Shown in pieces: positions 58,429-64,000 of a DNA stretch of 64,000 nucleotides. Source of the stretch: the human T2T-CHM13v2.0 reference genome, Homo sapiens. How positions within the stretch are numbered: the stretch's first letter is position 1; the number at the start of each line of letters is the position of its first letter. Position numbers and translations under genes: made by a program. Location of the stretch: NCBI RefSeq assembly GCF_009914755.1, contig NC_060939.1; one strand, 5' to 3'. The notes beneath the pieces were generated by a model, which saw only the letters and a list, made by a program, of their open reading frames with translations, was not told the DNA's origin and ran no database searches.

Positions 58429-59355
58429 ATGTCTCCATAGAAATAAGTGCTAAACAGGCCACGGGCAGCAGCCTGCAGCACTGCTCCACAACAGGCTGGG
58501 AAGCAGAACTTCACATCCAAAATGAGCTTAACTTAAAATCCAAGTTCTTCAAGAAACAACAAAAAACTAACCTTAACCTTCCAAATAAAATGAGAACCAG
58601 AACGGAAATGTTAACTGCAGAAGGGAATGAAAAAGAAGGGAATTCTTCATTCCTTCCTATCTTTAGAGCAAACCGGAATGAACAAAGTGATAATAGCAGA
58701 CACATGTATGTGGACTCAAGGAATTAGCAAGTGTTTTCAGAGTTATAAACCATTAAATCTAAGATATTATGAATAATCTGGAAAGTCCAAGAATAATAAG
58801 AATAAAGAGAGGCAGTACAAATTCTCCTTTTCAAAAAAAATTCTTTTAAAGTAGAAAATAATCCTATCAATTATAAATCAGGCTGCTTAACAATATTTGG
58901 GAAGATACTGGATATTGAACAGGCCAAACTGTTAATTTACAAAATATAAGATGTAGTTATGGAATCTGAGATCATGTCACATTAGCTTAATTTCAGCCTA
59001 AGAAAAGGTGTCAGGTTTTGAGTCAGCACCTCCACAACACAAATTCTCTTAACTTTAAGCAGTTTCTTCAAATGGGAATGATGCCACTTTCTTTATAGGG
59101 TAGTTGTGAAAATCATGTTACATTATGTGTAAGAGTTCTGTAAACTACTCTATGCAAATGTTAAGTTACTTTAGGACAGACAAGAAATAAGCATTTGGTA
59201 TGACGGATCTCCCTCAACAAAAACTTTCATTCAGTCCTGTTGCCAATTCCTACTGACAAGCTAAACAAGCATGATCTACCTAGATCTACAGGTTTAAAAA
59301 AAAGTCAATGACAAAAAAGAAAAAAATTTAAAAGTATGATTTAAAAAAAAACATG

Positions 59356-59639
59356 GGCCGCTCACACTCATAATCTCAGCACTTTGGGAGGCCAAGGTGG
59401 TCTGATCGCTTGAGTCCAAGAGCTCGAGACCGGCCTGGGTAACACGGCAAAAAACTGTCTCTTCAAAAAATTAGCCAGGTGTGGTGGTGCATGTCTATGA
59501 TTCCAGCTACTCAGGAGGCTGAGGCAGGAGAATCACCTGAGTCCAGGAAGTTGAGGCTGCAGCATGCTGGGGTCACAACATTGCACTCCAGCCTGAACGA
59601 CAGAGGAGACCCTGTCTCAACAAAGAAAGAAAACAAAAA
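59356..59639 (+). mobile_element. AluJ
   Basis: Diverged dimeric Alu. Confidence 0.9.
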
Positions 59640-60007
59640 TTATGGGAATCTCTCAACTCAGAAAAATATAACCAAAGTTTTGCATATTTCAGGGGTCTTC
59701 CAGACCCTGAGTCTAGATTGTACTACTGTTAGATGAGTGAACAGTTAAGGGTCTATTAAGATGAGAGCTCACCTTATAGGGAAATGAGCCATGGTTTAAA
59801 AAACTTGGGATGGATTTTTCCATTTCTTCAACCTCAGTTTCCTCATCTGAAAAATGGGGACAATGATTCCTATCTTCTTCATAAGGTCATGGCAAGATTC
59901 ACATGAACAATGTACATAAAATTACTTTGTAACCTGTAAAGCTATAAATGTAATAACATGTCAGTTTTATGCAAGCATTCTACTCTATTAGGTAAAGAAT
60001 GATCTAA

Positions 60008-60293
<286 letters not shown>

Positions 60294-60527
60294 CTAGTCC
60301 TGAGTGTTCTATTAACATACCTCAAAAGCAGTGTGGAAGAAACTGGGGGCAGGGCTCACACACATCCATGAAGGAGGGGGATGTCTACTGGACTGACTGT
60401 TTCCAAATCTTTCCATTTTCCAAAAGAAAAAAGCACTGCAAACCACTGATCCAGAAAATTAACATGTTTCAAATAGAAAGTGACATTAAATGAGGCAAGG
60501 CTGCCAGAAATTAATAAAAATGATTTA

Positions 60528-61001
<474 letters not shown>

Positions 61002-61062
61002 CTATGATCCTGAATATCCTCACATGGACTCTTAACAGATTGAAAGCTCTGCCTGTATGTTA

Positions 61063-61240
<178 letters not shown>

Positions 61241-61964
61241 AGAAAATGCTAGCCACTTGCAGGCTTTTACAGTACTCAGGTAAACAGCTTCATTATCAAA
61301 GACACTGCTGGAGACTAACAATGTTTCTCCTTCACCCCAGGGAGGAAAAAGGCATTTAATTTACTCTTGAGCAGTCAGATCCAAGAAAGTGTGGCCAAAT
61401 ACAATAAATCAGGGCCCATTTTGACTTTGACATCAAAATGACCATGACTTTTTTAAAACTAAGGATGTGTCTGTCCAAGGAGAAAAATGCAGCAGCCACA
61501 AACTATTGTCAAGCTAGTATTTTCAGGGGAATTTTAGGTAATTCACTTCCCAACTTCACAAATAGTACTTAAGCTGCTGGTCCCTAAGAGAAAAAGCTGG
61601 TTTTGCTAGCCATTAAAAACCAGGAATGTCTCATGCAGGGGAAACAGAAAAATGCACACAAATAAGCTATATCTTAAAGAGAGTTATTAATGAAAGGTCT
61701 GGTTCAAATATGTAAGTGAAACCCTTACATATTTAAGCAAATGCTCATAAAAGCTCTCTTATCCCAAGAGATTGTCAAAAGTAGCTATGGGCAGATCTAG
61801 AACTACATCCAAAATGGAGCTTTGAGGCCAAAAACAATTTTAATTAATTAAAAGAAAAATAATACCAGTTACAAAACATTTAAAGAGTGTACTTCAACTG
61901 ACTCTCCAGTTAGCATTAAAGCCAAAATGAAAACAATATACTAGAAAGCTTTAATACTTCAATT

Positions 61965-62406
61965 CGACAAAGATTCTTTGCTTGACCAATATGTAGGCTT
62001 CTGAACCTTCTCCTAGGCCCATCTGTGAACTTCCTTGTAAAATTCAGTTTTAGCAAAGAACCTTGCTAAGTCAGTTTAGCAAGAACCCCCATCTTTGATC
62101 ATCCTCAGTATCAGATCAGGTTCTTCAGCCTCCACCATTCCCTAGCTGAGGTCTGATCAACCTGGCCTATCCTCAGTGAGAATGTTTAGGTTGGCTTAGC
62201 CAAATCCTCCTTACCCCTAATGTTTCCTCTTAGTAATTTTCCATCCACTGACCCCCACCTGCCTATGCTGTATTCAGAGCTGAGCCCATCTCTCTCCCCA
62301 GTGCAGAATCTCACTGCAGTGGTCTGGTCCCTACATCTATCACCATGTTCTAAATAAAGCCTTTCTTACCATGCTTTAACACGTTATCATTTTTTTTTCT
62401 TTAGCA
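61965..62406 (+). mobile_element. MER31-like ERV1 solo LTR
   Basis: gacaaagattctttgcttgacc...ctcctaggcccatctgtg...aataaagcc...ttctttagca. Confidence 0.8.
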
Positions 62407-62942
62407 AGTTGAATAAACCATTCTCAAAAGCCATAGGTAATTACTGCTCAAAAGCTAATCTTTGCCAAACTTTTTCTGTGAAATGCACCTGTCTATAAAT
62501 TCAGCGTAACTTCTGATAACAAGCTTACTTTCTGTCTCTGACAACACAGTAACAATCAGGACTTAAATGTTAAGATAACAAAATTCATCTCATTCTTCCA
62601 TCATCATATATCGCATGAATATGACAATGAACACAAGCAGTCCAAGCTGATAGTCTAAGTATAATCTAGAAGACATTTTAACTGAAAGAGGTAGTAAGCT
62701 ACTTCTCCCCACCTTTTTTTAAACAGCCATTCTCAGAAACCACAGAGTCAAAAACTCTGACCAGAGGGAAATTCAAGTTTTGAATCACATCTCAGGATGT
62801 TAGGTAACCGTAGTCCTAGTCTTCCCAGCTGATGAACTATTAATATTTCCAAAGCATAAATAGCTTATAGCAGAAATCACACTGAGAACTTTGTCATTAC
62901 ATACAAAAGGCAAAGCTTTCCTTAGATGACAAAATTCTAAAG

Positions 62943-63078
62943 CAGTAATTCTTAAATTTTACCATGCAGCAGAATCATTTGGAGGGCCTGTTAGAACACA
63001 GACTGAGGCCTGAGACTGCACTTACAAGTTCTCAGGTGATGCCCGTGCTGCTGCTCCAGGGACCATACTCTGACAATA
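62943..63078. mobile_element. MER5A-like hAT MITE
   Basis: cagaatcatttggagggcctgtta...caggtgatgcccgtgctgctg. Confidence 0.7.
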
Positions 63079-64000
63079 TCTTGGAGAATCTGAAACTGTG
63101 CAAATATTGTGCAAATTTTGAGCTTGTTTAAATGGAAGGAAAACAAAGGCATAAGAGCCACACAGATGTTTCTGAAATCATATAAAGACTCTCCCAACAG
63201 CTGGGTCTGTGATCCATGGCCAAAAGAAGTAGAGTAGCAAAAACAGTTGCTAAAAAAACTGTGTCACTATGATTTCAAAACAATGACTTTTATCTTGGAT
63301 TTGTTCAGTTTTCCAGTGTATACACTGACAGGATGCTTCAATTTACCATTTATTGAGGTCCTGTTTACCAAGGACTGTGCACAGGGATAAACTTTGTTCC
63401 TAAACAGATTTCAACCTTGCAAGACACAAGACAGAATAATCAAAATACAATACCACTGACAACAGCACTTCTATGACAGGTATGTACAACAGGAACATAT
63501 ATAAAAAATAATTTTGTTGGACTAACGTATACCTAGAAAGCTCATGCATTGAAATCTAAATCTAGCCTTGTCAGTTGCGGGGAGAGATGGTCTTGTTCTA
63601 GGCAAGAGGAAACACCATGAGCACAGTATTACAATTAGTAGGAATGAGTTCTAGATAAAGGTGAAAAAATTCAACATTTTTTGAGTGCTATTATATGTCA
63701 AGCACCTATTAAGTGCTCATGCTATTCAGAAAAATATCCTCAAGACCTCACAATATAGGGAGAATGACAGGTATCCTGTAAGCTATGAAGAGCATATTCT
63801 AAAATAAGCAGCTTGGGCTTCTTTCCATAGAACAAGGGGTATGACTGCTCTGACTGGTGGCAGTACAATGGCTGTCAGAAATAAGGAAGTCAACAAGGAG
63901 TTAAGAAGCTCCTTCAATAATCCAAATGAAAAATAGTCTGAACTAATTAAGAGTGGCTGTGGGAATGGTGAGAAGGTAACAGACATGAGAAATGTTTACA

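Overview
Human (primate) genomic DNA, recognisable from translated exons as the REC114 / NPTN tail-to-tail locus (chr15q24, from memory). + strand: the last three coding exons of the meiotic double-strand-break gene REC114 (6095-6307, 11459-11548, 14907-15071). - strand: neuroplastin NPTN exons 2-9, including the Np65-specific Ig1 exon (52166-52513), a 22/10-nt micro-exon carrying the optional DDEP insert, and a non-coding last exon. NPTN exon 1 lies beyond the window. The two genes' poly(A) signals are about 30 bp apart, so their 3' ends abut or overlap. The rest is intronic: about 20 Alus, nested L1s, L2/MIR, Charlie1, Tigger4 and LTRs (MSTA, LTR8+MER4-int-like, MLT2, MER31). I see no new multi-gene system. 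The most unusual structures are: an ERV RNA apparently retrocopied by L1 machinery; two ~200-bp locally templated insertions with repair-like junctions; an Alu with a poly(G) tail; several candidate unannotated NPTN/REC114 exons; and a genomic A17 that could explain the 3' end of the intronic lncRNA NPTN-IT1. Repeat subfamily names come from remembered consensus sequences and repeat boundaries are approximate.
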